From Macrostomum lignano (taxonomy: Eukaryota), in contig NIVC01001531.1 of NCBI GenBank assembly GCA_002269645.1, forward strand, positions 1-64,000: a stretch of 64,000 nt of DNA. The letters are read 5' to 3'. Below, in pieces: positions 12,027 through 24,765 of this stretch (positions are counted from its first letter, which is position 1; each line of letters opens with the position of its first letter). Position numbers and translations under genes: made by a program. The notes below the pieces were generated by a model. That model was not told where the DNA came from and did not search any database. It saw nothing but the letters and a program-made list of their open reading frames with translations.

Positions 12027-13603
12027 ATGACAGTAGTTCTGTCGTCTACCCTGGGTCAGACTGGGTAAGTGGACCAGAAACCCACATAGCTGATAGCAGT
12101 GTACACTGCAGCCTGTTTACCTTGCTCATTTAATGCATAAATCATTATACATTATTTTGATATTAATCTTGCCGGACTCGCTCGCATTGCAGGCCAACTA
12201 ACCGCTTGCAGCCCATGGCTGGTCAGGCTTCCTCTTCTAGTAGCAGCGGCGGCGGCAGCAATGGAGGAGCTTCCAACGATGGAGATCGGGAAATCTTTCG
12301 CGAATTAATGACTGTCTACCTGCAGAAAAGTGCCAGCAGCAATGTTCGATTCCAAGCAGCCTCAAACGGCAGTTATTATCGGCATGCCCAGCAGAAGCAG
12401 CAAAACGGCAAAAGCAGCAACAGTCCCCTGATGCAAGAGTTGTCTTCGGCAGTGATTGGCCTCACAAGCGACTACGAGTTGAGATATCGAGAGAAGCTAA
12501 ACGACCTCAGATCCAATTGGGTTATCGACGCCAATTGTCCCAGAGACAGTTTCAGACAAGTGCTAGACAATGTCTTCGTTGATAATTGCAATTGGGGTCG
12601 GGTTGTTACTATCTTTGTGTTCGGCTCTATGTTCCTCAGCCAGTGCCAACGCCAGGGGATCAGCGGGGTGACGGCTGCTGAAGTCTGCGACTGGTCAGTG
12701 GAGTACGTTGATAAGCGAGTGCTGCAGTGGATCAATCAGAATGGCGGCTGGGTGAGTGGCTTCAATCCTATTGTTTCTTAGATGCACGAAGTGCACAAGT
12801 GGTCTTTCATATCCTTGGAACTTTATATCTCCGTTAGAATTAGGCTTAGGGTTAGGCTTGTCGGAGGTATGACATGTCGGAGATATGGAGTGTCGGAGAT
12901 ATGAAGTGTCGGAGATATGAAGTGTCGGAGATGCGAAGTGTCGGAGATATGAAGTGTCGGAGATATGAAGTGTCGGAGATATGGAGTGTCGGAGATATGA
13001 AGTGTCGGAGATATGAAGTGTCGGAGATATGAAGTGTCGGAGATATGGAGTGTCGGAGATATGAAGTGTCGGAGATATGGAGTGTCGGAGATATGAAGTG
13101 TCGGAGATATGAAGTGTCGGAGATGCGAAGTGTCGGAGATATGGAGTGTCGGAGATATGAAGTGTCGGAGATATGAAGTGTCGGAGATGCGAAGTGTCGG
13201 AGATGCGAAGTGTCGGAGATGCGAAGTGTCGGAGATATGAAGTGTCGGAGATGCGAAGTGTCGGAGATATGAAATGTCGTAGATATGACGTGTCGGAGAT
13301 GCGAAGTGTCGGAGATATGAAATCGCCTCCGAACAAACCCCAAATGAATGTGGGTGCGCATTGAGTGAAACCAGCTTGGGTTCTCTGACAGAAATTACTT
13401 TATTTAGTAAAACAAAATGAGTATAAATATTTTTTATTCTCCTGCAGCTTGGCCTGATCCGCTTCTATAACGACGGCGAATCTGGTGGCCTTGGCAATGG
13501 GCCAAATAATAATAACAACGATAGCGGTGTGCTAACTAGACTACTGACAGTAGCCGGCGCTGGGCTGGCCATTGCATCACTGACATCGTTTCTGCGCGCT
13601 TGA
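12027..13603 (+). CDS. Multi-BH-domain Bcl-2 family apoptosis regulator with C-terminal TM anchor (about 250 aa; 230 aa if started at 12215)
   Basis: Exons 12027-12064, 12193-12751, 13448-13603, all in frame. BH4-like DREIFRELMTVYL, BH1 VFVDNCNWGRVVTIFVFG, BH2 WINQNGGW|LGLIRFY with the family's conserved phase-0 intron after GGW, hydrophobic tail LLTVAGAGLAIASLTSFLRA. Exon 1 is less certain than exons 2-3. Confidence 0.92.
12863..13325. repeat. 16-bp minisatellite GTCGGAGATATGAAGT in Bcl-2 intron 2
   Basis: Roughly 28 tandem copies; source of the spurious ORFs 12695-13361. Confidence 0.95.
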
Positions 13604-14556
13604 AAATTGACAGGCAGACAGACAGACAGAATGGCACTTTTTATCAGTAAAAAATTGTTTTTAAGCAAAAAAATTGCAAAACATCCAATATCAGAACTGC
13701 GAGCATTGGTACTTTTTTCTTTAACTTTGAGTAAAGAGTTCCCAGCGCTCTTGCAATATAAACAATTTACAAGGGTCTAAGGGTTGTTAGTAATTTTTTA
13801 TTAATTGGAGATGTTCCAAGAATTGCCTATAAAAACTATAAATACAAGCGCAACACTCAGCTGTAGTACTAATTAGATGACGAGGCATTTAGCCTATAAA
13901 ATACAGTCATAGTTACTCCTGCCGTTTACCCTAAATTACGTTTCTTCTTTCTTAGGTTAGTCGCATTTTTGGTCAAAAAGCCGGTCGAATGTGTAAAATG
14001 GGGGGGAGGGGTGTTGCGCATGTATGCCATCGAACAAAACACAGATTTCTATCGCTTCTCTTGAGTTCTGTTTTTATCTATAGTATGAAATAATTTTCAA
14101 TTCTCAATGCTGTCATTCTTCTATGCCTGTACAATCTTTGTAGTTAGGAGTAATAGAAGTCTATATATAATGCTTCTTTATATTTTTATTTGGCACAGAT
14201 TACTACCTGTATAAATACTAGTATGTATCGTTTCGTAAGTAGTATAATGTTTTATTGATTGATTCTTTTTTAATGTATTTTATTCCCATTTTTTAAGCTC
14301 CTACTTACATAAGTGCAAGCTCCGGCTGCTTGAACCTGGCAATACTTATTCATTTTATTTCTAATGTATGCTAACTGAAGATTCACGCACTTGGTGGGTT
14401 TATGCGATTTTACTACCGAAACATTGAATCGATTGCTTTCTTGCTTTGCCTCTTCTGTTGCCTGTTTCTCTGAGTCTATAATTTAATCCGTGCACACTTA
14501 ATTAGCAGTTTTATGTTTTGTTTAAATTGCCTATGTTTAATTTTGATAAATTCGCT

Positions 14557-15362
14557 CCTAATCCACCTCAAGAATCGCCCCTAATCTACCCTAAGAATCG
14601 CCCCTAATCCGTCTCAAGAAGCGTCCCTAATCCACCCCAATAATCACCCCTAATCCGTCCCAAGAAGCGTCTCTAATCCAACCCAATAATCACCCCTAAT
14701 CCGTCCCAAGAAGCGTCTCTAATCCACCCCAAGAATCGCCTTCTAATCCAGCCCAAGAATCGCCCCTAGTCCCCCCCAAAAATCGCCCCTAATCCACCTC
14801 AAGAATCGCCCCTAGTCCACCCCAAGAATCGCCCCTAATCCACCTCAAGAATCGCCCCTAGTCCACCCCAAGAATCGCCCCTAGTCCACCCCAAGAATCG
14901 CCCCTAATCCACCCCAATAATCACCCCTAATCCGTCCCAAGAAGCGTCTCTAATCCAACCCAATAATCACCCCTAATACGTCCCAAGAAGCGTCACTAAT
15001 CCACCCCAAGAATCGCCCCTAGTCCACCCCAAGAATCGCCCCTAATCCACCTCAAGAATCGCCCCTAGTCCACCCCAAGAATCGCCCCTAATCCAGCCCA
15101 AGAATCGCCCCAATCCACCTCAAGAATCGCCCCCAATCCAGCCCAAGAATCGCCCCCAATCCACCTCAGGAATCGCCCCAATCCACCTCAAGAATCGCCC
15201 CTAATCCAGCCCAAGAATCGCCCCAATCCACCTCAAGAATCGCCCCCAATCCAGCCCAAGAATCGCCCCCAATCCACCTCAGGAATCGCCCCCAATCCAG
15301 CCCAAGAATCGCCCCTAATCCAGCCCACGAATCGCCTCGAACCCATCTAAAACATCGCCCTG
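14557..15362. repeat. 23-bp minisatellite CCCCTAATCCACCCCAAGAATCG
   Basis: Tandem imperfect copies; same family at 16704-17310 and a degenerate version at about 24005-24190. Confidence 0.95.
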
Positions 15363-16416
15363 AATACATCAAAAGAGAAAACCTGTAATATTGAGTTCAG
15401 ACTTGCAGATCAAATCGTTTCTATTGGCCGTTCTTTTATTTCAAATTCTTTAATCCGTGCAAAAATGAAATAAAATTAACAAACAGTACGGACAGTTTTG
15501 ATTGTTCTCAATTCTCATGAACTGCGTGTACTGTACGGATTTTGTTTTCTTCTTTAAATAAGTCTTCTATGTGCTTTATTTCTTAAAAGTAGACATCTAC
15601 CATAGTAGAACTTATTGATTTATGATCCCGTTATTACCTATCTCTTTTTTGTTTAGTCTGCTTTTGCATAGGCCAGGCAACAAAGCGAGAGAAAAGACTT
15701 ATAGAAAAAAAGACATGCTAGCAATCTGTTCTACCCCTCAGTTTCTTCTATAATCTACAATTCTACATATATCTCTTCGCTCTGCCGAGACTCTCTGTTA
15801 TTGCTTTGCAGCTTGTTAATGCCCGTTTTAATTTGAAATCAAAACGGCAATCTTTGCTTTGGGTGTTGTACATCAAATAGTTATATAAATATATTAATAA
15901 CATAAAGTGGCAAATGCAATGCACCACTCTTTTAAAAGAAGTTTCATTTCAAAATTATAGACTAACTTGTTAATCTGTTTGTTTGTTTTTGTGTTGATAA
16001 GCTTTATGTCTCATTAGCTGTCGTGTATTTTTAGAAATGACCAAATACCACCATAATGTTGGCACAGAGCGCAAGTGTAATTTAAGATTTAAAAAATATT
16101 ATAGTTAGGCCTGGGCCCAGTGCGTTACAGAATTGCTTTTGTGCGTTTTGCTTGTACTTTTAATTTAATGACACAAAACCAGCCTTCAAAAGTTTCTAAG
16201 CAATAAAGTCTCCCATTCCATTATTCACTTTCTGCTAGCTCGTAACACTTATGTTGTATGTTATAAAACTGTTTTACGATACATATCGTTAGTTTAGGCC
16301 GTGGCAATTTTTTTAATGAAAATAATACACACCACTTATTGCGATTTTTTCCCTGCGCGAATGATTGGGCACTACGGCGGATATAATTCAACTGGACTTT
16401 GGATGACATAAACAAG

Positions 16417-19179
16417 ATGGCACTGTTGAAACGAGCATGGATTGGTTACGATCGGTTGCTAAGGACGCATCCTGTTGTTACGCCCGCCCTGACAACCGGA
16501 GTGCTGATGGGCGTCGGAGATGTGGCTGCCCAGAGTCTGGAGGGGTACGGCTATCGGAGAATGAGTTTTCGCAGAACATCCAAGGTTTTCTTGTTGGGTG
16601 CCTGCGCTTATGTGAGTTTGCTTTTGCATGGCTTAGCAATAGATTAAAAGATTGGTTCTTCAACTGTTCTATCACCCAGTATGGGATAATATATCGGTTT
16701 AAGGAATCGTCCCTAATCCGTCCAAAGAATCCTTCCTAATCCACCCAAGAATCGCCCCTAATCCGTCCAAAGAATCCTCCCTAATCCACCCCAATAATCG
16801 CCCCTAATCCGTCCAAAGAATCCTCCCTAATCCACCCCAAGAATCGCCCCTAATCCGTCCAAAGAATCCTCCCTAATCCACCCCAATAATCGCCCCTAAT
16901 CCGTCCAAAGAATCCTCCCTAATCCACCCCAAGAATCGCCCCTAATCCGTCCAAAGAATCCTCCCTAATCCACCCCAAGAATCGCCCCTAATCCGTCCAA
17001 AGAATCCTCCCTAATCCACCCCAATAATCGCCCCTAATCCGTCCAAAGAATCCTCCCTAATCCACCCCAAGAATCGCCCCTAATCCGTCCAAAGAATCCT
17101 CCCTAATCCACCCCAAGAATCGCCCCTAATCCACCCCAAGAATCGCCCCTAATCTACCTCAAGAATCGCCCCTAATCCAGCCCAAGGATCGTCTCTAATC
17201 CACCCGAAGAATCGCCTACAATCCACCTCAAGAATCGCTAATTCACCTCAAGAATCGCCCCTAATCCGCCCCAATAATCGCCCCGAATTACCACTCCGAG
17301 AATCGCTTTTATTGTACAAGTTAGTATGAAAAATTACACAGAGGGCAAGAAGATAAAATTTATGAAATGTTCATACCGTATTTAGATATATCGGTCTCTC
17401 TGTGCTATGCTTACTGAAAAGAAAGTATTTCCGATTAATAAAACGGAAACATTGCCTACTTTTAATTGCTTTTAATAATTTTTAATGGCGCACATTTCCG
17501 TAAACAGTTTTCCTGACTTATCAACAGAAGCTTCTTTTTGAAGGTACATGCGCGCTTTATAGATTTGTTAGTAGTATAGTTAGTTCCAGTGTTGAAAAAT
17601 AAGCAGAAATTTTTTATTTTAATGCGTTAGTAACTTCATGTCTAGTGATAAATTAACATTTTGACCCACAAGTCATGACCCATCTAATGTTCATGACTTA
17701 TCTGATTTCTATGACCCACCTACTGTTCATGACTTATCTTCTGATTTCTATGATCCACAGGTCATGACCCACTATGTGTCTATGACTTGTCTGGTTTCTA
17801 TGTCCCACAGGTCATGACCCACCGTGTGTCTATGACTTATCTGATTTCTATGTCCCACAGGTCATGACCCACCGTGTGTCTATGACTTATCTGATTTCTA
17901 TGATCCACAGGTCATGACCCACTATGTGTCTATGACTTGTCTGGTTTCTATGTCCCACAGGTCATGACCCACCGTGTGTCTATGACTTATCTGATTTCTA
18001 TGTCCCACAGGTCATGACCCACCGTGTGTCTATGACTTATCTGATTTCTATGATCCACAGGTCATGACCCACTATGTGTCTATGACTTGTCTGGTTTCTA
18101 TGTCCCACAGGTCATGACCCACCGTGTGTCTATGACTTATCTGATTTCTATGTCCCACAGGTCATGACCCACCGTGTGTCTATGACTTATCTGATTTCTA
18201 TGACCCACAGGTCATGACCCACCATGTGTCTATGACTTATCTGATTTCTATGACCCACAGGTCATGACCCACCATGTGTCTATGACTTATCTGATTTCTA
18301 TGTCCCACAGGTCATCACCCACCTTGTATTCATGACTTATCTGACTCTATGACCCGTAGGTCATAAGCCACATAATGTTCAGAATAATGATTCCGGATCT
18401 AGATACTAGACCTAAAAGCCTCATTGATGCAAATTCTTTAACATTATTTTTCAATCACTGTTTGAATTCAAGCTTTTTAAACCAATTGCAGGGCCCAATG
18501 CTGAACAAGTGGTATCATTTCCTGTCGCACAGGTTCGCTAATCAAAGTCACCGAGTATTGAAGATGGTTGCCGCCGATCAGCTAATCATGGCCCCCGTGT
18601 CCGTGGCACTGTACGTGTCCGCTGTGTCCGCTCTGAACTCGGGCAGCCTTGCCGGCGTTGCCAGGCAGTTTGACCACTTTCCCGAGATAATGGCCACTAA
18701 TTATAAGGTTGGCGGGGCGGGGGGCTGTCTGTCTGTCTGTCTGTCTGTTTGTATGTCTGTATGTCTGTCTGTCTGTCTATCTGTCTGTCTGTCTGTCTGT
18801 CAGTCAGTCAGTATTTTCTTCCTTTCTCTTTACAAGGTGTTGATTTATCTTTCTTTCAGTTGTGGCCAGCAGTTCAGGTGTTAAACTTCACCTTTGCACC
18901 GAGTCATTTAAGGTAAATTTTTAAAACGATTTTTTTGGCTTTTCACATAAAATGATGCTCAATAAATGCCAGGCTAAATAAATGCATATTAATTACTTGC
19001 CACCTAGGCTGCTTGTGGTGAACTGCGTCACCATAGTGTGGAACACCTACCTGTCCTGGGTGGCTCACCGGCCGCGCTTAGCGGCTAAAAAGAAATTAAT
19101 AAAATCTGTGCCCACAGCCAGTGGAGTCAGCTTGGCCGCCGTTAATCATGACCAGTCGGCTTTGAAGCGTGATAACTAA
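16417..19179 (+). CDS. MPV17: MPV17/PMP22 family membrane protein (MPV17-like)
   Basis: Exons 16417-16611, 18492-18707, 18860-18912, 19008-19179, phases 0/0/2 consistent. Motifs LMGVGDVAAQ, GPMLNKWY, KMVAADQLIMAP, NYKLWPAVQVLNFTFAP and WNTYLSW are typical of MPV17. Confidence 0.92.
16704..17310. repeat. 23-bp minisatellite (same family as 14557-15362) in MPV17 intron 1
   Basis: Alternating CCCTAATCCGTCCAAAGAATCCT and CCCTAATCCACCCCAAGAATCGC units. Confidence 0.95.
17660..18370. repeat. 50-bp minisatellite in MPV17 intron 1
   Basis: GTCATGACCC recurs at 17761, 17811, 17861 and onward. Confidence 0.95.
18725..18810. repeat. (GTCT)n microsatellite in MPV17 intron 2
   Basis: Seen directly; begins about 17 nt after the donor at 18708. 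Confidence 0.95.
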
Positions 19180-19254
19180 ATGGCAAAGTTATTCGTCAAA
19201 TAGGCTATTTATTAATAGATTATCTATCACGGCGTAAATGTTTCTATCAGGGAC

Positions 19255-19810
19255 AACTCGCTCCCCGTCCCCCAGCTAGCTGACTAATGTACACTCTCCC
19301 GTCCCCCCAATTAGCTGACTAATGTACACTCTCTCTCCCGTCCCCCCCAATTAGCTGACTAATTTACACTCTCTCTCCCGTCCCCCCAATTAGCTGACTA
19401 ATTTACACTCTCTCTCCCGTCCCCCCAATTAGCTGACTAATGTACACTCTCTCTCCCGTCCCCCCAATTAGCTGACTAATTTACACTCTCTCTCCCGTCC
19501 CCCCAATTAGCTGACTAATGTACACTCTCTCTCCCGTCCCCCCCAATTAGCTGACTAATGTACACTCTCTCTCCCGTCCCCCCCAATTAGCTGACTAATT
19601 TACACTCTCTCTCCCGTCCCCCCAATTATCTGACTAATTTACACTCTCTCTCCCGTCCCCCCCAATTAGCTGACTAATGTACACTCCCTCCCCGTCCCCC
19701 AGCTAGCCGGCTAATGTTCTCTCCCCCGTCTCCCAACTAGCCGACTAATGTACATTCTCTCCCCCGTCCGCCAGCTAGCCGACTAATGTACATTCTCTCC
19801 CCCGTCCCTC
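19255..19810. repeat. 39-40 bp minisatellite downstream of MPV17
   Basis: Unit approximately AATGTACACTCTCTCTCCCGTCCCCCCAATTAGCTGACT. Confidence 0.93.
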
Positions 19811-20509
19811 GCTTTTCACCCGCCAGAATGTACAATTCGTATATATTCGCATTAAACTCTTAACAACTATTAGAAAAAAACTTAAAATAGTTTTATTGTT
19901 TTATTTTATTATAGAAATAAATTCCTGCTAATAAAATTAACCGGTTGCTTTGCTTGATTTATGGTTTATGAGATTTTCCTTCTAGCGCAGCTGCTTTATA
20001 TTTTATACTTTAAATACTTAAGGAAAAACAATATTTCACACCAAAAAGAATTAATAGGCCGGAACCCCGAACACTTGACTAAATATCTATGATACTCAGG
20101 AAATTAAATAAATTTGTGGTTTATGTTATTTTTCTCACTTTCAGCTTTCTGCCGCGATATTTATTGACTATCCTATCCCATTATAACGGCAGTTTTTCTG
20201 TCATTTTTTGGTATAAAAGTACGTTTCGAGGCGGTGTTTTATGCGCTGAATGCAACTCAGTAAACAAAGTTCTTGCAGCTGTTGGTGTCTAAAATTCTGT
20301 GACTAAGTTAATTAATTTAATTAATTTTATTAATTGTTTTAAGCCACTGGCAAACACCGATATTAATAAAAATGTTTATTGTACGCTCTGGTGAATTGCT
20401 ATTTACAAGAAAATTAGCAAGTAACAATATTTTTTGTTTTTACTCATATCGCCTTTATCGTGTTTAGAGATTCTGATTAAGAAACGAAAATTTACGACAA
20501 CTGAAGCCT

Positions 20510-20760
20510 AATGCAGACTCCTCAACCCTGACCCCCTAACCATTCACTCCCCAACCCTTACCCCCTGCCCCAATGCACACTTCTTAACCCTTTACCCCAA
20601 TGTACGCTCCCCAACCCTTTACCCCAATGTACACTCCCCAACCCTTTACCCCAATGTACACTCCCCAACCCTTTACCCCAATGTACACTCCCCAACCCTT
20701 TACCCCAATGTACACTCCCCAACCCTTTACCCCAATGTACACTCCCAAACCTTACCTACT
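20510..20760. repeat. 27-bp minisatellite CCCCAACCCTTTACCCCAATGTACACT
   Basis: Tandem copies; yields the spurious (MYTPQPFTP)n ORF. Confidence 0.93.
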
Positions 20761-21160
20761 AATTCCAGCTTTGAGTAACAATTACACATAATTCTTGCCT
20801 TATTATGTTACTTCAAGCCATGCCAAAAATGTTTGCCAGAATTTTCAGACCTTAGTAGTAAAACTTTCAAGCTGATTCTCGAACTGTTTTGCGCATATTT
20901 TTTTAAAAAACAGAAGTCTTACTTGTACGCTCGTATTTCAATTTTGCCGTTTTAAAGTGCCCGCAACGCTTACTGACGATGTTTAAACTATTTTTGTTTT
21001 TTTTGAAAAGAACGAGTTCTTAGACGTGCTTTTTGAGCAGTGTTGTGAAACTCAATTTTAAATAGTGAAATACACTGTGCCAGTATTGGTGGCTCCGTTA
21101 GATTATATTTTGTTACCCTGTTCATTAATGCCTGTTCTTGTGCTGTTCTATTTCTAAATT

Positions 21161-22495
21161 CTCAGTAGAGATCTCTTATCTATCTCAGTAGAGATCTCTT
21201 ATCTATCTCAGTAGAGATCTCTCATCTATCTCAGTAGAGATCCCTCATCTATCTCAATTGAGATCTCTCATCTACCTCAATTGAGATCTCTCATCTATCT
21301 CAGTAGAGATCCCTCATCTATCTCAGTAGAGATCTCTCATCTATCTCAGTAGAGATCTCTCATCTATATCAGTAGAGATCTCTCATCTATCTCAATTGAG
21401 ATCTCTCATCTATCTCAGTAGAGATCTCTCATCTATCTCAATTGAGATCTCTCATCTATATCAGTAGAGATCTCTCATCTATCTCAATTGAGATCTCTCA
21501 TCTATCTCAGTAGAGATCTCTCATCTATCTCAGTAGAGATCTCTCATCTCTCTCAGTAGAGATCTCTCATCTATCTCAGTAGAGATCCCTCATCTATCTC
21601 AATTGAGATCTCTCATCTATCTCAGTAGAGATCTCTCATCTACCTCAATTGAGATCTCTCATCTATCTCAGTAGAGATCCCTCATCTATCTCAGTAGAGA
21701 TCTCTCATCTATCTCAGTAGAGATCTCTCATCTATCTCAATTGAGATCTCTCATCTATCTCAGTAGAGATCTCTCATCTATCTCAATTAAGATCTCTCAT
21801 CTATATCAGTAGAGATCTCTCATCTATCTCAATTGAGATCTCTCATCTATCTCAGTAGAGATCTCTCATCTATCTCAATTGAGATCTCTCATCTATCTCA
21901 GTAGAGATCTCTCATCTACCTCAATTGAGATCTCTCATCTATCTCAATTGAGATCTCTCATCTATCTCAGTAGAGATCCCTCATCTATCTCAGTAGAGAT
22001 CTCTCATCTATCTCAGTAGAGATCCCTCATCTATATCAGTAGAGATCTCTAATCTATCTCAATTGAGATCTCTCATCTATCTCAGTAGAGATCTCTCATC
22101 TATCTCAATTGAGATCTCTCATCTATATCAGTAGAGATCTCTCATCTATCTCAGTAGAGATCTCTCATCTATCTCAATTGAGATCTTTCATCTATCTCAG
22201 TAGAGATCTCTCATCTATCTCAGTAGAGATCTCTCATCTCTCTCAGTAGAGATCTCTCATCTATCTCAGTAGAGATCCCTCATCTATCTCAATTGAGATC
22301 TCTCATCTATCTCAGTAGAGATCTCTCATCTACCTCAATTGAGATCTCTCATCTATCTCAGTAGAGATCCCTCATCTATCTCAGTAGAGATCTCTCATCT
22401 ATCTCAATTGAGATCTCTCATCTATCTCAGTAGAGATCTCTTATCTATCTCAGTTGAGATCTCTCATCTTTCTCTGTTGAGAACTCTTATCTATC
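21161..22495. repeat. 23-bp minisatellite CTCAGTAGAGATCTCTCATCTAT with CTCAATTGAG variant
   Basis: About 1.3 kb tandem array immediately upstream of smORF-A. Confidence 0.97.
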
Positions 22496-22587
22496 TCATT
22501 GCAAAAATATAGTTGAAAGTTTTATAAAATATTTGCGTGGAAACATTTCTGCGTATAAATTAAAGATAGCGCACCACAAAGCATTAA

Positions 22588-22818
22588 ATGAAAGCAGCAT
22601 ACTTTGGATCCGTTGCAGTGCTTGGTGGCATATCTTTGGCATTTTATTCCTGGTACCTGTTGCAGCACAACGACAAAATAGTGCATCCGACTTCCAAGCA
22701 ACGGATTGAAGAATTTGACCGTTCGTTGACGAAGCGATTTGAATTATTCGCGGGAAATTCGAGCAATAGCAGCAGCAGCAAAAGTAGCACAGTTGCTGAA
22801 ACGCCTAAGCGTGATTAG
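22588..22818 (+). CDS. Small single-pass membrane protein, 76 aa (smORF-A), uncharacterised
   Basis: ATG to TAG in a non-repetitive island between two minisatellites. N-terminal hydrophobic segment (AAYFGSVAVLGGISLAFYSWYLL) followed by a charged helix-like stretch. No family confidently recognised. Confidence 0.7.
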   Translation: MKAAYFGSVAVLGGISLAFYSWYLLQHNDKIVHPTSKQRIEEFDRSLTKRFELFAGNSSNSSSSKSSTVAETPKRD

Positions 22819-22844
22819 GTTAGTTGCGTGAGCTTGTGACGACC

Positions 22845-23510
22845 CCTAGATAATCAGGGGTGGTTGGCGGGCCCTAGATAATCAGGGGTGGTTGGCGGGC
22901 CCTGGATAATCAGGGGTGGTTTGCGAGCCTTGGATAATCAGGGGTGGTTGGTGAGCCCTAGATAATCTGGGGTGGTTGGCGAGCCCTAGATAATCAGGGG
23001 TTGGCGAGCCCTGGATAATTAGGGGTGGTTGGCGAGCCCTGGATAATTAGGGGTGGTTGGCGAGCCCTGGATAATCAGGAGTGGTTGGTGAGCCCTGGAT
23101 AATCAGGAGTGGTTGGTGAGCCTTGGATAATCAGGGGTGGTTGGTGAGCCTTGGATAATCAGGGGTGGTTGGCGAGCCCTGGATAATCAGGGGTGGTTGG
23201 CGAGCCCTGAATAATCAGGGGTGGTGGTGGGCCCTGGATAATCAAGGGTGGTGGTGGGCCCTGGATAATCAGGGGTGGTTGTTTGCGGGCCCTGGATAAT
23301 CAGGGGTGGTGGTGGGCCCTGGATAATCCGGGGTGGTTGTTTGCGGGCCCTGGATAATCAGGAGTAGTGGTGGGCCCTGGATAATCCGGGGTGGTTGTTT
23401 GCGGGCCCTGGATAATCAGGGTTGGTTTTTGCGCACCCTATATAATTAGGGGTGATTGTCGGGCCGTGGATTAGTAGGTGGTTGTGTAAATGGACCCTGG
23501 ATAATTGGGG
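22845..23510. repeat. 28-bp G-rich minisatellite GGATAATCAGGGGTGGTTGGCGAGCCCT
   Basis: TGGTTGGC recurs at 22861 and 22889; fills the gap between smORF-A and smORF-B. Confidence 0.95.
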
Positions 23511-23639
23511 TGAATGACTGACCGTAAACACTGGATCGGGGCAGCCAACGTGAAATGATTTTAATCCCTAATTAATTATTAAACTGCCTTACTAATTACA
23601 GGTATTCCTTCGTGCAAATCCTGAGGTTCCCCGGTTACT

Positions 23640-23921
23640 ATGCTACTATTTTTACGTCGATGTTTCTGGGAGGCGCGCGTGTTCACAGTTCAGCACCCGT
23701 TTCTGTCGCTCGCCACAATGCTTGGTTTAAGTGGGTCGGCCATCTACCTGTCAGAGGACCGTTATCGATTTTTAACCGCCCAATCTAGAGCCGAATTGCA
23801 AAGAATGGAGTCGCTAAGTTGGAGAGAAAGATGGTTTATTAATTTCAAAGATAAACAGCGACTGATTCTGCCGGAGTCTGTGTACCGCCGGCTGTTTGAT
23901 GAGGATGACAAGTCTGAGTGA
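23640..23921 (+). CDS. Small single-pass membrane protein (smORF-B), 93 aa unspliced or about 100 aa if spliced at 23918 into 24824
   Basis: ATG 38 nt after an acceptor CTAATTACAG| (ends 23601). Arg-containing N-terminus, hydrophobic segment PFLSLATMLGLSGSAIYL, charged C-terminus. A donor GA|GTGAGC overlaps the last codon and the stop. Confidence 0.72.
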   Translation: MLLFLRRCFWEARVFTVQHPFLSLATMLGLSGSAIYLSEDRYRFLTAQSRAELQRMESLSWRERWFINFKDKQRLILPESVYRRLFDEDDKSE

Positions 23922-24004
23922 GCTCCCGGTCCCACTGCTACCCAGACAGTTGTGTGCTGCGCTTTTGGGGATGTGTTTGGTTGGTTGAAGACACAGAAAT
24001 TAAG

Positions 24005-24765
24005 TATCGCCCCTCAAAAATCCTCTCAAGAATCGCCTCTCAAGAATCGCCCAAAAGTCCCAACTTTGAGACCGAAAGATCCCAAATTCGAAAATCGTGC
24101 TTAAAATCCCAAAATCGGAAATCGCTTCAAAAATCCCAAATTCGAAAATCGCCCCAGAAATCCCAAATTTTAGAATCGTCACAATAATCCCAAATCAAGT
24201 CGTCATGATACGGTTAGTTAAAGTTCATTGTTTTTTAGTTAAAATAATCTTAGTTTTGAATTACTTACTTTTAGTAGCCTGTGTAAAATCATTTATGCTG
24301 AAAATTGAAAAGTACAGTACGAGCATAAGTATGTTGATCTTACCATTTTGTAGAAAGCGAAACTAACTCAAGTAAAAACTCGTTGAATTTCCTAATTTCA
24401 TGCTAAATGCACATTATGCTTTTTTATTTCATAATTTTTATACAGTTGATATAGAGATGAGGTTAGGCTATAGGTGAAATGAGTATATAGAGATGAGATT
24501 AGCCTACATATGAGATTGTAAGCACAGACATGAGACTAAGCTACAGGAGAGTTTGTGAGCACAGTCATGAGACTAAGCTACAGGTGAGATTGTAAACACA
24601 GACATGAGATTAAACTACAGGTGAGATTGTTAGCACAGACATGAGATTGAGCTAAAGGTGAGATTATGAGCACAGACATGAGATTAAGCTACAGGTGGGA
24701 GTGTGAGCTCAGACATGATATTAAACTACTGGTGAGATTGTGAGCACCGACATGAGATTATGAGC
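24005..24765. repeat. Degenerate 23-bp-family repeat (24005-24190) and 37-bp minisatellite (24455-24765)
   Basis: AAGAATCGCC/AAAATCCCAAAT units; CTACAGG recurs at 24541 and 24578. Confidence 0.85.

Noticed and set aside
12695-13364. ORFs with ISDTSYLRH repeats
   Set aside because: 16-bp array in Bcl-2 intron 2.
20089-20292. Extra small gene between MPV17 and smORF-A (strong acceptor at 20144)
   Set aside because: No recognisable protein in any frame and no ATG-led ORF of useful length after the acceptor.
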